Of a DNA stretch of 44,955 nucleotides, positions 9,136-19,190 are shown one piece after another. The notes under the pieces are model-generated. The model saw only the letters and a list, made by a program, of their open reading frames with translations. It was not told the origin of the DNA and ran no database searches. Source of the DNA: a virus (lineage: Duplodnaviria; Caudoviricetes); the IMG/VR virus record IMGVR_UViG_3300017766_003782, positions 1 through 44,955 of that record; one strand, written 5' to 3'. The position numbers and the translations under genes are program-made. Positions within the stretch are counted from its first letter, which is position 1; each line of letters starts with the position of its first letter.

Positions 9136-11126
9136 CTCTTGGTCTTGACAGCGCCCAGTTTGAGCAGGGTGCCAAGAAGGCCAAGAGCTCTCTTGCTGAT
9201 ATGAAGGGCGACTTCCTCGCGGCTGCTGGTGCCATGGCCGCCGCCGCTGGGGCAATCGGGGCTCTCGCGCTCAAGGGCGCCAACGACATCGACAAGCTCG
9301 CCAAGTCTGCTCGTCGACTGGGCTCGAGCGCCACCTCCTACCGCGCCCTGGAACTTGCTGCCGACGACGCTGGTGTCAGCGTTGAGTCGTTGGTGAACAA
9401 CTTCCAGGTGATGGATCGCGAGGTTGCCAAGGGTAGCAAGGGTGCGCTCGAGGGTCTGGCCAAGCTCGGCCTGACTGTGGAAGAGTTCACGCAGATGGAG
9501 GTCGACGAAAAGATCGCCACCATCGCCGACAGGATCCAGGAACTCGGCTTGTCCTCGGGCGAGACCTCCGCCCTGCTCCAACAGTTCGGCATCCGCAACC
9601 GGGAGATGCTGCTCCTTGTGGAGAGCGGAGGCGGTGCCATCCGTCAAGCTCGCAAGGACATCGAGGAGTATGGCCTGGGCTTGACCCAGATCCAGACAGA
9701 CAAGATCGAGCTTGCCAACGATCAGATCAGCCGCCTCGCCGTTATCGGCACGTATCTGGGTGACCAGCTGGCGCTGCGTGTGGTCCCCGCTCTCGGTGCC
9801 ATGGCTCAGGCCCTGACTGACAGCCTGCGCGAAGGCGGGGTTCTCCGCATGGTGATCGACGGGCTGCTTGTCGTGATGGAACGCTTTGCTGCTTACGCCC
9901 TGACCTTCGTGGGTATCCTCGGGGTTCGGTATGTGGCGGCCGCTGGTCTGGCTGCGGCGGCAAGCTTTACCTTCGCTGGGGCACTGACATTCTTGAGGGG
10001 CGCACTGATCCGAACCGGGATCGGCGCCCTGATCGTGCTTGCGGGCGAGATGGTCTATCAGTTCATGAAGCTGGTCGAGGCCACAGGCGGTTGGGGTAAT
10101 GCTCTGGCTCTGCTCGGTGAGCTTGCTGCCGCTGTGTGGGGCTACATCGTATCCGAAGCCATGGCCATCCCGGTCAAGCTGGAGGCTGTGTGGCAAGAGC
10201 TCAGCGCTGGCTTCTACGATGCATTGACCTACATGGCAGCTGGCTGGCGTGACTTCCTGCTGAGCATGGGCACTGCGGCATCCAGCATCCCCGGGTTCGA
10301 GTCCGTGGCTGGCGCTTTGAATGGCGCTGCGGATCAAGCTGATGCTGCCGTGGCCAACCTGATGGAGAAAGCCAACAACGCTCTGATCCGAGCCGGGGAC
10401 CTGCGCACTCAAGCGGGTGAGATGGTCGCTGCCGGGTACGCTCCTGTGCAGTCTGCCCTTGAGAAGCTTAACGTCGTCTTGTCCGACAACGCCGCCAAGT
10501 CGAACGAAGCTGCCGCTGGCATGAGCAACCTGGATCAGACGCTCGAGGACGTTGGTGGCGAGGGTGCCGGAGGCGGAGGGGGTGGCGGAGGCGGTAGCGC
10601 TGGCAAAGCAGCCGACGCTCTGGAGAAGGATGTGGGCAAGGCCCTGGACGACGCTCAGCAGAAAGGCGAGCAGTTCCAGGATGTCTTCGTCAACGCCTTC
10701 AGCGCCATCGTCACGGGCACCATGACCGCCAAGGAAGCGTTCTCGCAGATGTTCATGCAGTTGGCTCAGATGCTGGCGCAGAATGCCTTCAAGGGTTTGT
10801 TTGGCAGCTTGTTCGGGTCGGGCGTAGGCGCCGGCATCCAGAGCTTCTTTACCAGCGTACCGAAGTTCGCTTCGGGTACAAACTCGGCTCCGGGTGGCAT
10901 CGCCCTTGTGGGCGAAGAGGGTCCTGAGCTTGTGAACCTGCCGCGGGGCTCCCAGGTTGTGCCCAACGCCCAGACCATGGATATGATGGGCGGGTCGACC
11001 ACCAACGTCGAGAACAAGATTGTCAACGTGATGGATCCATCGGTAATTGGTCAGTACCTGGGCACTCGTGATGGAGAACGCATGGTGCTCAACATCATGA
11101 AGCGCAACGGAGTGAACCCCGCATGA
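9102..11126 (+). CDS. Tape measure protein
   Basis: N-terminal SVIGALRVTLGLDSAQF, Ala/Gly/Leu-rich helical body, C-terminal FASG...LVGEEGPEL. Confidence 0.92.
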   Translation: MVQSVIGALRVTLGLDSAQFEQGAKKAKSSLADMKGDFLAAAGAMAAAAGAIGALALKGANDIDKLAKSARRLGSSATSYRALELAADDAGVSVESLVNNFQVMDREVAKGSKGALEGLAKLGLTVEEFTQMEVDEKIATIADRIQELGLSSGETSALLQQFGIRNREMLLLVESGGGAIRQARKDIEEYGLGLTQIQTDKIELANDQISRLAVIGTYLGDQLALRVVPALGAMAQALTDSLREGGVLRMVIDGLLVVMERFAAYALTFVGILGVRYVAAAGLAAAASFTFAGALTFLRGALIRTGIGALIVLAGEMVYQFMKLVEATGGWGNALALLGELAAAVWGYIVSEAMAIPVKLEAVWQELSAGFYDALTYMAAGWRDFLLSMGTAASSIPGFESVAGALNGAADQADAAVANLMEKANNALIRAGDLRTQAGEMVAAGYAPVQSALEKLNVVLSDNAAKSNEAAAGMSNLDQTLEDVGGEGAGGGGGGGGGSAGKAADALEKDVGKALDDAQQKGEQFQDVFVNAFSAIVTGTMTAKEAFSQMFMQLAQMLAQNAFKGLFGSLFGSGVGAGIQSFFTSVPKFASGTNSAPGGIALVGEEGPELVNLPRGSQVVPNAQTMDMMGGSTTNVENKIVNVMDPSVIGQYLGTRDGERMVLNIMKRNGVNPA

Positions 11127-12232
11127 TCTGGCCCTTCATCCCTCTGGTCCCTACCATAGAGAAGCTTACCTTTCGGACCGATGTCATGCAGACCCCTGAG
11201 CAGGAGCGTCGGGTATCCCTTCGCTCTGCTCGCCTCGTGATGGTTCACTCTTACCTGCTCAACGAAGCAGACGACGCGCAAGCCAGGAGCCTGTTTCTGG
11301 CTAACCCGCTCGGTGACTGGGAGGTACCCCAGTGGACTGAGTGGACCGAGTTCCTGGCCCCGCTTATTGCCGGTTCTACGACGATCCCAGCTGACACTTC
11401 TGCCGACTATCGGGTGGGCGGTCAGGTGTATCTGACTGGCGCCGCTGGCGAGGGGCAGGCTCGGACCATCGCAACCATCGGCACCAACACCATGACGGTG
11501 ACCGAAGCCACGACCATAGTGGCCTTCGGATGCGCCCCGCTGCGGACCGCCTACATCACCGAGGGGATGAACGGCAACATTCGGTTCAAGGGATTGACCG
11601 AGCGCTCTGCCACATTCGTCTGCCGCGACACGATTGACCTGGCGCTGAGCCCCTTCGCTCAGCTCGATGGCTTCGACATCGTGACCGACCCGCCTCTGGT
11701 GACCACCCCGCTGATGAACACGCTGTACCAGGCGTCCGAGTACATCGACAACGGGCAGGGCCCTGTGGCAGTCGAGAGCCTGCGGGACTTCATCGAGGGG
11801 CGCATCCAGCTTGCGTTCATGGATACCTCACCCGCTGCTCGCTGGCGCCGTAAGCGTTGGCTCCACAGTCTGCGTGGTCGCGAGCGCTCGTTCTGGCTGC
11901 CGAGCTTCACGGATGACTTCGAGCTGGCGCTGACGGTTACCCCGGCCTCGCTCGTGATCGACGTCGAGCCACTGGATGGTGACCCAGACTCCTATGTGGG
12001 TATGGCTCTGATGATCGACGACGGTAGCAAGCTCTACCGCGTCATCACTGGGGCAACCGCAGTCGACGATGTCTGGAGGTTCTCAATCTCCAGCTCGCTC
12101 GGCAGGACAGTCAGCAACGCCCGGATCAGCTTGATGCGCAAGTATCGGGCAGACACAGACGAGTTTGAGATGGTCCAGAACCACCACGTGTTCGCAGAGA
12201 CCAGCTTCACCTGCTTGGAGGTACCAGCATGA
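11123..12232 (+). CDS. Distal tail / tail tip structural protein
   Basis: Follows the TMP with ATGA overlap; E.L.FRTDV...EQER.SLR and LRGR..SFWLP motifs. Confidence 0.75.
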   Translation: MIWPFIPLVPTIEKLTFRTDVMQTPEQERRVSLRSARLVMVHSYLLNEADDAQARSLFLANPLGDWEVPQWTEWTEFLAPLIAGSTTIPADTSADYRVGGQVYLTGAAGEGQARTIATIGTNTMTVTEATTIVAFGCAPLRTAYITEGMNGNIRFKGLTERSATFVCRDTIDLALSPFAQLDGFDIVTDPPLVTTPLMNTLYQASEYIDNGQGPVAVESLRDFIEGRIQLAFMDTSPAARWRRKRWLHSLRGRERSFWLPSFTDDFELALTVTPASLVIDVEPLDGDPDSYVGMALMIDDGSKLYRVITGATAVDDVWRFSISSSLGRTVSNARISLMRKYRADTDEFEMVQNHHVFAETSFTCLEVPA

Positions 12233-13062
12233 GCCTGGCAGACATCGCCGCCCTGATCACGGGCGCACGACCCTACTACCTTTACCTCTTTCGCCGTGGT
12301 GTTGCCGAGTATCGCTTCACGAGCGTCAAGACTGACCTGACCCGAACTGTGCCCGGGGTTGCCCTGACAAGCTGGACATCCATGGTCATATCCCACAGCA
12401 AGATTGCCGACAGCGACCAAGCCTTCCGCAGCGAGCTCAACATCACAGTCCCGCTGAGCAGCGACTTCGCCGACGACCTGGTCGGCACCTTCGACTTTGA
12501 TCCTGTGCTCGTGACGGTTTACAAGGGCGACCTCAACTCGGCAGAGATTGTGCCCATCTTCAAAGGCCGGGTGCTGACTGCCCAGCCAGACGAAGGCGGG
12601 ACCTGCCAGTTGGTCTGCATGACCGAGATTGCAGCGCTCCAGCGCAAGGGCCTGGCCGCTGTCATCCAGCGCCCATGCCGCCATGTTCACTATGGTCCCA
12701 AGTGCGGGCTTGACTTTGACTCGCTCAAGGTTGCCACAGAGGTGGTGGCTATCTCCGCTTCGGGCACGGTGCTCGAGCTGCTTGACTCTGACACGCAGCC
12801 CGACAGCTACTACCGACTGGGGATCCTGCAGTATGGCACCCGCTTGGAGATGATGCTGGCGCACACGGGCAACACTGTGTCGCTCGTATCCCCGATCCCG
12901 GGGCTGCTCGAAGCTGTCGCTCTCGGTACTGTGCCCGTGTTCATCGCTCCCGGTTGCTCTCTGTCCAGGGCCTCGTGCAATGACAAGTTCAACAACATCC
13001 TGAACTTCGGCGGGTTCCCATTCATCGCTGACAACCCATTCGACGGAAGGCAGGTCTTCTAA
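12229..13062 (+). CDS. Baseplate hub protein (DUF2163/BR0599-like)
   Basis: QRPCRHVHYGPKCGL and PGC.....SC..KFNNILNFGGFPFI Cys-containing motifs. Confidence 0.88.
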   Translation: MSLADIAALITGARPYYLYLFRRGVAEYRFTSVKTDLTRTVPGVALTSWTSMVISHSKIADSDQAFRSELNITVPLSSDFADDLVGTFDFDPVLVTVYKGDLNSAEIVPIFKGRVLTAQPDEGGTCQLVCMTEIAALQRKGLAAVIQRPCRHVHYGPKCGLDFDSLKVATEVVAISASGTVLELLDSDTQPDSYYRLGILQYGTRLEMMLAHTGNTVSLVSPIPGLLEAVALGTVPVFIAPGCSLSRASCNDKFNNILNFGGFPFIADNPFDGRQVF

Positions 13063-16000
13063 TGTTTCTCGGGTTCTTTCTTCGCATCGCGGTATCGGTC
13101 GTTCTCTCGATCATCTCCGCTGCTCTGGCTTATCGTAAGCCCGAGGTCCCGGAAGCCGGCAGCCTGGATGACCTGGGCAACCCGAGAGCAGACGAAGGCT
13201 CGGAGGTCAAGAAGATCTTCGGCACCGTGACCATCGCTGACCCTCAGGTTGTGTGGTTTGGTGACTTCAGGACCAGCCCCATCATCGAGGTGGGCCCTCG
13301 TCGGTATGGTATCGCTGGCCCGAAGTCGAGAACCGTGGTTGGATACAACTACTATCTGGGTCTCCACTTCGTCCCCTGCTTGGGCCCTGTGGACTTCCTC
13401 AGCCGCATCCGGATCGACAAGCGGGTCGCCTACACGGGCGCCAACTCGGGCGGGAGCTTGAGCATCTGTAAGCCCACGCTGTTTGGTGCTGCCAAGCGCG
13501 AGGGTGGTGTGGTTGGTGACGTCGACGTGATGATGGGCCTGCCCGACCAGACTGCCAACGCTTATCTGTCCTCGGTGACTGAAGGCCCGCACTCCGCTTA
13601 CCGCGGGGTGGTTTCGATCGTGCTCAACAGCGCCTACATTGGCAACGCTCCGAACCTGCGTCCTTGGGAGTTCCGCCTCGGCCGCCTGCTGAGTGTGGAT
13701 CCTGAGTACAATGGTGGCGAGCAGTGGCTGCCCGACTTGGCTCAGATCTTCCAGCGCTTCGGGCTGAGCCAAGACGAGCCTCAGTGGTTGCACATCGCTA
13801 TCGACAACTCCGGCTCGATGGCGGGGACCCGCTTCGACAACGCCAAGGCCGCGGTGGTTGGCCTGCTCGAGACCTTGCGCGGTAACCCCTCGCCCGAGTC
13901 TGGGCTTGACGCCGCCTCCATTGCCATCCTTCAGTCTCGAGCAGCCAATGGCCTGAACAACATTCGGATCGTGTTCTGGTCCAGCGAAGTCAACGAAGTC
14001 ATCCAGCGTGTGGGCGCCCTGGATGCAGACTACGCCGCCATGATCGCGTTCGTGAACAGCCAGAGCACAAGCGGCGGTACCAACTTCGAAGCCCCGTACG
14101 CGGATGCCGCGGTTTACTTCGCTCTGTCGGATCGGTGCGAAGATCGGAAGATGTTGTTCGTCACCGACGGCGAGTCCGTGGACAACCTGGCAGAAGCTCA
14201 GCTGCTCTACAACTCGTTCGACAACGTCTCGGTCCTGGGCGTTGCCATCGACGTGCCCGTGTCGCTCGCCCTGCGCTCGGTTACTGACCGGGCCATCCGG
14301 GTAGATGCAGGCGACCCGATTGAACTGGAGGTCGCATTCAGCAGCCTCTTCGCTGAGTACGATATGAACCCCGCTCACATCCTGCGTGAGGTGCTGCTCA
14401 GCCCCGACACTGGCGGCAGTGGCATCGACGCTGAGGCTGGTGACTCTTGGGAGGATGCAGCCCAGACGCTGTACGACGAAGGCTTCGGTCTGTCGATGGT
14501 GTGGGCAAGCACGTCGAACCGCGAGGAGTTCAAGAAGAAGGTCGAGGCCCATGTGGATGCCCGCTCGTTCATCGACCGGCGCACGGGTCTCTGGGAGATT
14601 AAGCTGATCCGTGATGACTATGTCGAGGAGGACCTGTACGTCTTCGACAGAAGCAATGTCATCAGCTGGAAGAGCATCAACTTCCCGGAGCCGCACACGC
14701 TCATCAACCAGCTGGTCATCACCTGGACCGACCCCGAGAAGGATGAGAAGGCAAGCTTGACCATCAGCAACCCCGCTCGGATCCGAATGAACAACAGCCT
14801 GGTGGTTGCAGACAAGATTGAGTACCCGGGTATCACCAAGGCATCGCTTGCTTCCCGCGCTGCATCACGTGACCTGGCTGCCCGGTCTGCCCCGCTTATC
14901 ACTGGCGAGTTCATCACGACCTACCTGCCCTACGAGCTGAACCTTGGCTCCGTCATTAAGATCCACAACCCGAAGCTGAAGATCTTTAACCGGATTGTCC
15001 GCATCACCGAGATTGAGGACGGTGACATCCTCGAGAACGCGGTGCTGGTTCGGTTTGTGGAGGACCGCTTCTCGATTGCTGACGACGCGGTGCTTGAGAT
15101 TGACAGCCCCATCACTTCGCTGCCATTCCCTGCCCCGGTTGCCAACAGGATCGTCGAGGAGCTGCCGCGGTACCTGGCCATCCAGCAGCTGGGCCCAGTC
15201 ACGTACGAAGAGGCAGAGACAGCTGATGCCAATGTGGGGTTCATCCACCACGCTGGCGCTTCGCCCAACTCGATTGCCCTCGAGATAAACTACCAGAAGG
15301 ATCCTGGGGCAGGTTACATCGAGGACGGGCCGTTTCCGTTTGTCTTGGGCGGCCAGCTGGTCAGCTACCTGCCTGTCCGTGCAGACCAGGGTATCATGGT
15401 TGTGCAGAGCAGCTGGGACTTGACTGAGGTCGACCCTGGTACGCTTGCCCGCATCAGCACTGGGGAGCACGTCGTGGTTCTCTCGACCGAAGCGGGCAGC
15501 ACTGCTGTGGACGGCGACTATTGGTTCGTTGATCCCCTGCCAGGTTTCGGCGTCTACACGGTGACTGTCCAGCGCGGATGCCTGGATACCTCGCCTGTGG
15601 ATGCAGAGCCTGGCAGCTACATCAACTTCTACGGGGAGAACATCCAGTTCGACGACCAGCCCTACACGGATGGCAACTCGCTTGGCGTCAAGCTTCAGAC
15701 CATCACATCTCGAGGCACACTGAGCCTGGCGGCCACACCGGAGGACATCATCACGATGAACCGCCGGGCGCTTCGGCCTTACCCGCCAGGTAGAGTCCAG
15801 GTGGATGGCTCCTACGCCATGCCGCTCTTCGACAACGTCTCCACCTACACGGTAACGTGGGTGCATCGTGACCGACTGGAGAACACCCTCCTGGGTCACA
15901 CCGAAGCGGGCCCTGTGTCTGCTGAGGCGGGTGTCAGCTACCGTGTGCTGGTGCAGGCGCTGGGGTTCGACGGGGAACCGACGGGCTCGCCTCTGGTCGA

Positions 16001-16298
16001 CACTAACGTGGGTTCTCTGCTCACTTACTCGCTCGACACTACGCTCTATCCTGTGGATCCCTCTTGGGCAGGCGTACGCATCAACGTGATATCCGTTCGC
16101 TCGGGTATCGAGTCGCTCTTCAACACCAACCTCGAGCTAGCAGTGATCTTGGATGTGCCTGGCCTCGCGGGTGTTGCCTGGATCGACGCCAATGACTCGG
16201 GCTCTGTGTTCGAAGATCTTCTGGCCTCTGTGCCTGCATCCACTGACAGCGACCCTGTCGCCCTGATCGAAAACCAATCCACTGGAGGTTTCATATGA
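13062..16298 (+). CDS. Tail tip / central fibre protein with inserted von Willebrand A domain
   Basis: FGTV.I.DP.VVWFGD, SAYRGVVS, MNPAHILRE, GFGLS, RRALRPYPPGRV motifs; vWA MIDAS DNSGS..TNF..VTDG at about 13780-14360. Confidence 0.88.
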   Translation: MFLGFFLRIAVSVVLSIISAALAYRKPEVPEAGSLDDLGNPRADEGSEVKKIFGTVTIADPQVVWFGDFRTSPIIEVGPRRYGIAGPKSRTVVGYNYYLGLHFVPCLGPVDFLSRIRIDKRVAYTGANSGGSLSICKPTLFGAAKREGGVVGDVDVMMGLPDQTANAYLSSVTEGPHSAYRGVVSIVLNSAYIGNAPNLRPWEFRLGRLLSVDPEYNGGEQWLPDLAQIFQRFGLSQDEPQWLHIAIDNSGSMAGTRFDNAKAAVVGLLETLRGNPSPESGLDAASIAILQSRAANGLNNIRIVFWSSEVNEVIQRVGALDADYAAMIAFVNSQSTSGGTNFEAPYADAAVYFALSDRCEDRKMLFVTDGESVDNLAEAQLLYNSFDNVSVLGVAIDVPVSLALRSVTDRAIRVDAGDPIELEVAFSSLFAEYDMNPAHILREVLLSPDTGGSGIDAEAGDSWEDAAQTLYDEGFGLSMVWASTSNREEFKKKVEAHVDARSFIDRRTGLWEIKLIRDDYVEEDLYVFDRSNVISWKSINFPEPHTLINQLVITWTDPEKDEKASLTISNPARIRMNNSLVVADKIEYPGITKASLASRAASRDLAARSAPLITGEFITTYLPYELNLGSVIKIHNPKLKIFNRIVRITEIEDGDILENAVLVRFVEDRFSIADDAVLEIDSPITSLPFPAPVANRIVEELPRYLAIQQLGPVTYEEAETADANVGFIHHAGASPNSIALEINYQKDPGAGYIEDGPFPFVLGGQLVSYLPVRADQGIMVVQSSWDLTEVDPGTLARISTGEHVVVLSTEAGSTAVDGDYWFVDPLPGFGVYTVTVQRGCLDTSPVDAEPGSYINFYGENIQFDDQPYTDGNSLGVKLQTITSRGTLSLAATPEDIITMNRRALRPYPPGRVQVDGSYAMPLFDNVSTYTVTWVHRDRLENTLLGHTEAGPVSAEAGVSYRVLVQALGFDGEPTGSPLVDTNVGSLLTYSLDTTLYPVDPSWAGVRINVISVRSGIESLFNTNLELAVILDVPGLAGVAWIDANDSGSVFEDLLASVPASTDSDPVALIENQSTGGFI

Positions 16299-17323
16299 CC
16301 ATCTATCTCGCGTTCAATGAGAACGAAGCCCTGAGCAATATCTCTGCTGATGTCACCAACATCACAGCCTCCTCGGCTACCATCATTTCCGGGGTCAACC
16401 GGGCAGCTGTGCAGCTAGTCGGCGGGGTTATCTGCGAGGCCGAGCTTTCCACTCCGATTGACGAGGGCTGGCTGCATGCCCGTGTTGTCCCGCGTTACGG
16501 CAGCTCGGTGGCTGGCTCGGCGGCCAACTACTTCCTGTCTCTGCTCGACGAAGACGACAACCAGATTGCTGGCTTCTACCAGAACAAGACCAACAACGGC
16601 GGCGTTCTTGACTGGTGGGCCACGTACTTCGGTGATCCCAACTTTGGCGTAGCCTCCGCTACCGACACGGGCACTTTGATCGGTGTGAACAGCTCCTCGG
16701 GCTACGATGTGGACATCAACTTCAAGATTGCCAACACGGGTGGGTTTATCCGCTGGTATGTGGGTGGTACCCTGATCCGCGAGTTCTTGGGCGATACCCA
16801 GACGGGCTCCTCTTCGCTGATTGCCAAGATCCGTCTGCGCGCGCTTGGTGGCGGCATCACTGCATCTCACTGGCTGCAGATCTCTCAGGTGATCGTGTCC
16901 GACGAGCCCACCATCGGCGCTCGCCTGCACACGCTCGCTCTGGGCACAGCTTCGACCAATGACTGGGATGGCACTCTGTCTGATGTCACGGGTACGACGT
17001 ACGCGAGCACCACCACACTGTCGACCGACGTGGCCGGTGACGAGGTGATCTGTGCAACCGGGGACATCGGTTCCATCAACTCGGGGAACGAGATTAAGGC
17101 AGTGATTGTTTCGACTGCTGCACTCTCAATCCCGGGATCCCCGGTTACTCAGCTGCGCGGTACCGCCGTGGTCTCAGGGACTCCCTACAACACAGCCGAT
17201 GTGGCCCTGCCCGCTGCCTTTGCTCCGGTGCGCCACATCTTCGAGACCAACCCCGCGACTGCTGCCAAGTGGACGCTGGCCCAGGTCAACGCCGCCGAGT
17301 TCGGGTTCGAAGCCCGCGCATAA
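16295..17323 (+). CDS. Virion beta-sandwich protein, paralogue 1 (candidate receptor-binding protein)
   Basis: RBS GGAGG; Thr/Ser/Gly-rich beta composition; shares many motifs with 17336-18352. Confidence 0.7.
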   Translation: MTIYLAFNENEALSNISADVTNITASSATIISGVNRAAVQLVGGVICEAELSTPIDEGWLHARVVPRYGSSVAGSAANYFLSLLDEDDNQIAGFYQNKTNNGGVLDWWATYFGDPNFGVASATDTGTLIGVNSSSGYDVDINFKIANTGGFIRWYVGGTLIREFLGDTQTGSSSLIAKIRLRALGGGITASHWLQISQVIVSDEPTIGARLHTLALGTASTNDWDGTLSDVTGTTYASTTTLSTDVAGDEVICATGDIGSINSGNEIKAVIVSTAALSIPGSPVTQLRGTAVVSGTPYNTADVALPAAFAPVRHIFETNPATAAKWTLAQVNAAEFGFEARA

Positions 17324-17335
17324 GGAGCTACTCAG

Positions 17336-18352
17336 ATGGGCGTTATCATGGCCTTCACCGAGCCCCAGGACGCACCCGAGTTGGGTGTGTTCACGGGCAT
17401 GGCTATCAACTCAACAGCGGGCAGAGTGAGAGCTGCCAACTCTCGGGTTGGCTTCACGCTCACCAACACAACCACTGTATCCGACATCACTCCGGTTTCC
17501 GGGCTGAGCGAAGGATGGTTCAGTGTGGTGATCGGTTTCCCCACTACCCTGTCCACGGATCAGGTGCTGAACACCGACATCCTGACGCTTCGGCTCAACA
17601 CCGCCGTGAACCTGCTTTCTCTTCGGGTCACGGCTCAAGCAGGAAGCACGCACACCTACGCCTGGCGGAACCACGTCAACTCGACCGACAATGTGTTCGC
17701 CAACGCTGTGTCGGTGCCGCTCGGTGCAGTCAAGGTTGACATCTGGTTCAAGATTGACGCGACTACGGGCTTCATCAAGATCTACCATGATCGTGTGCTG
17801 ATCTACTCGTTCAGCGGCAACACAGTTATCTCTGGCGGGTCGACAGTCAATGGCATGAAGATCGGTCGGAACAGTACCTCTGCCACAGCGACACGGCAGA
17901 TGGTGTTCTCTGAGTTGCTGTTCTCCGACGAGTCGACCGTCGGTTCCCGTGTGGTTACCCGCCCGCTGACAGCTTACGGCGCTACCAACAACTGGACCGG
18001 GGTCATCACTAACATCAACGCGGCGACGGATGCCGACAGCACGTTCATCACCGAGGACACAGTGGGCGGGCTGTTTACCGCCACGAGTGCCGCGGTGTCT
18101 GCTCTGGTTGCCGGTGACTCCATCAAGACGTTGATCCTCAACTATCGGGCCAACTACGAGGCGAGCTCCCCAGTCACCAGGATAGAGCCGACTGTCAGGT
18201 CAGGAGGTACTGACTATCCCGCCACTGCTGTGCTGCTGACGACGACAGTGGCGCCTTACCGGCATCAGTGGGATACCAACCCCAACACGTCGGCTGCCTG
18301 GACGCTTGCCAATATCAACGCAGCAGAAGTTGGGTTCAGGGCAGCAGCATGA
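17336..18352 (+). CDS. Virion beta-sandwich protein, paralogue 2 (candidate receptor-binding protein)
   Basis: RBS AAGGAG; VDIWFKI..TTGFI, SDESTVG, TNP.T...WTLA..NAAE.GF shared with paralogue 1. Confidence 0.7.
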   Translation: MGVIMAFTEPQDAPELGVFTGMAINSTAGRVRAANSRVGFTLTNTTTVSDITPVSGLSEGWFSVVIGFPTTLSTDQVLNTDILTLRLNTAVNLLSLRVTAQAGSTHTYAWRNHVNSTDNVFANAVSVPLGAVKVDIWFKIDATTGFIKIYHDRVLIYSFSGNTVISGGSTVNGMKIGRNSTSATATRQMVFSELLFSDESTVGSRVVTRPLTAYGATNNWTGVITNINAATDADSTFITEDTVGGLFTATSAAVSALVAGDSIKTLILNYRANYEASSPVTRIEPTVRSGGTDYPATAVLLTTTVAPYRHQWDTNPNTSAAWTLANINAAEVGFRAAA

Positions 18353-18915
18353 CACAGCAGAGACTCAACAAGGCTACATCGGTTGTCGTCATCCAGCAGG
18401 CGGAGACAGCCAACACTGCCAAGGCTGTGGTCTACGCAGTCGAGATGTCTGCAGAACGGGTCAAGGTTGGCAAGGCCATCGTCTACGCGGTGGAGGCCGA
18501 GATAACCGGGACGCCCGACCCAGCAGAGGTTGCCAAGACGGTTGCCTACGCAGTCGAGGCCTTCGCTCCTGTGGTTGCTGTCGGGAAGGCCATCGGCTAC
18601 GCAGTCGAGGGGCCCGACACTTCGGGTAACGTGTTCCAGGATGTCGACCTGGAGAGGCCGCTGTATCGGACGGGCACACCGCCGTACATCGAGTTCCTGA
18701 CTGACACGTCTTTGAAGATCCTGTCTGTGTTCGCCGGCGTCCACACGCTGGTGATCTACAAACCCGACGGTGAGTTCGAAGTGCAGGAAGTAACATTTGT
18801 GTCCGGAGCCAACGAGCTGCCGGTCATTAACTTTAACCAGATCGCCATAGTCAAGGGGGTGGCTCCCCGCATCTTGATCGAAAGCATCAAGGTGACAATG
18901 CTCGACCGAGTTTAA
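18349..18915 (+). CDS. Tail-associated protein with repeated KA-x-x-YAVE motifs
   Basis: ATGA overlap at 18349; four clear repeats KAVVYAVE/KAIVYAVE/KTVAYAVE/KAIGYAVE. Confidence 0.7.
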   Translation: MTQQRLNKATSVVVIQQAETANTAKAVVYAVEMSAERVKVGKAIVYAVEAEITGTPDPAEVAKTVAYAVEAFAPVVAVGKAIGYAVEGPDTSGNVFQDVDLERPLYRTGTPPYIEFLTDTSLKILSVFAGVHTLVIYKPDGEFEVQEVTFVSGANELPVINFNQIAIVKGVAPRILIESIKVTMLDRV

Positions 18916-18923
18916 GGGAGGCA

Positions 18924-19190
18924 ATGATGGCGGTTAAGAAACAGACAGAGGGCAGTGGAATGACTGACGAGGAATGGCGGGCTTCTATGCTACGTTGGAG
19001 AGAAAGTGTGGATCTTCGGCTAGCTCGCCTCGAGCAGCAAGGTGCTGTGGACGCGGTCCACCGGACCAATGTGGAGACACGGCTTGGGTCCATCGAGGAC
19101 ACGCTTAAGTGGTTGGTGCGTTTGATCATCGGGGCCCTGCTCCTGGGCTTCGTAGCTTTCATCCTGAGAGGGGGGGTGAACCTACCATGA
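18924..19190 (+). CDS. Holin-like single-TM protein (coiled coil plus C-terminal TM, XhlA-like architecture)
   Basis: RBS GGAGG; coiled coil then WLVRLIIGALLLGFVAFIL; start of the lysis cassette. Confidence 0.6.
   Translation: MMAVKKQTEGSGMTDEEWRASMLRWRESVDLRLARLEQQGAVDAVHRTNVETRLGSIEDTLKWLVRLIIGALLLGFVAFILRGGVNLP

Noticed and set aside
10555-10605. GGN-rich run in the tape measure gene; acidic repeats in SSB (about 23940-24245)
   Set aside because: Low-complexity protein linkers (poly-Gly, Asp/Glu), not DNA-level repeat elements
8976-15899. Long - strand ORFs (478, 276, 545 and 344 aa) opposite tail genes, and similar antisense ORFs elsewhere
   Set aside because: Shadow frames of GC-rich coding genes with no motifs or RBS; the opposite strand carries clear phage genes
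11123-16298. Gene transfer agent cluster
   Set aside because: Only the hub resembles GTA genes; the window has its own replication, lysis and cos packaging genes, so it is a phage
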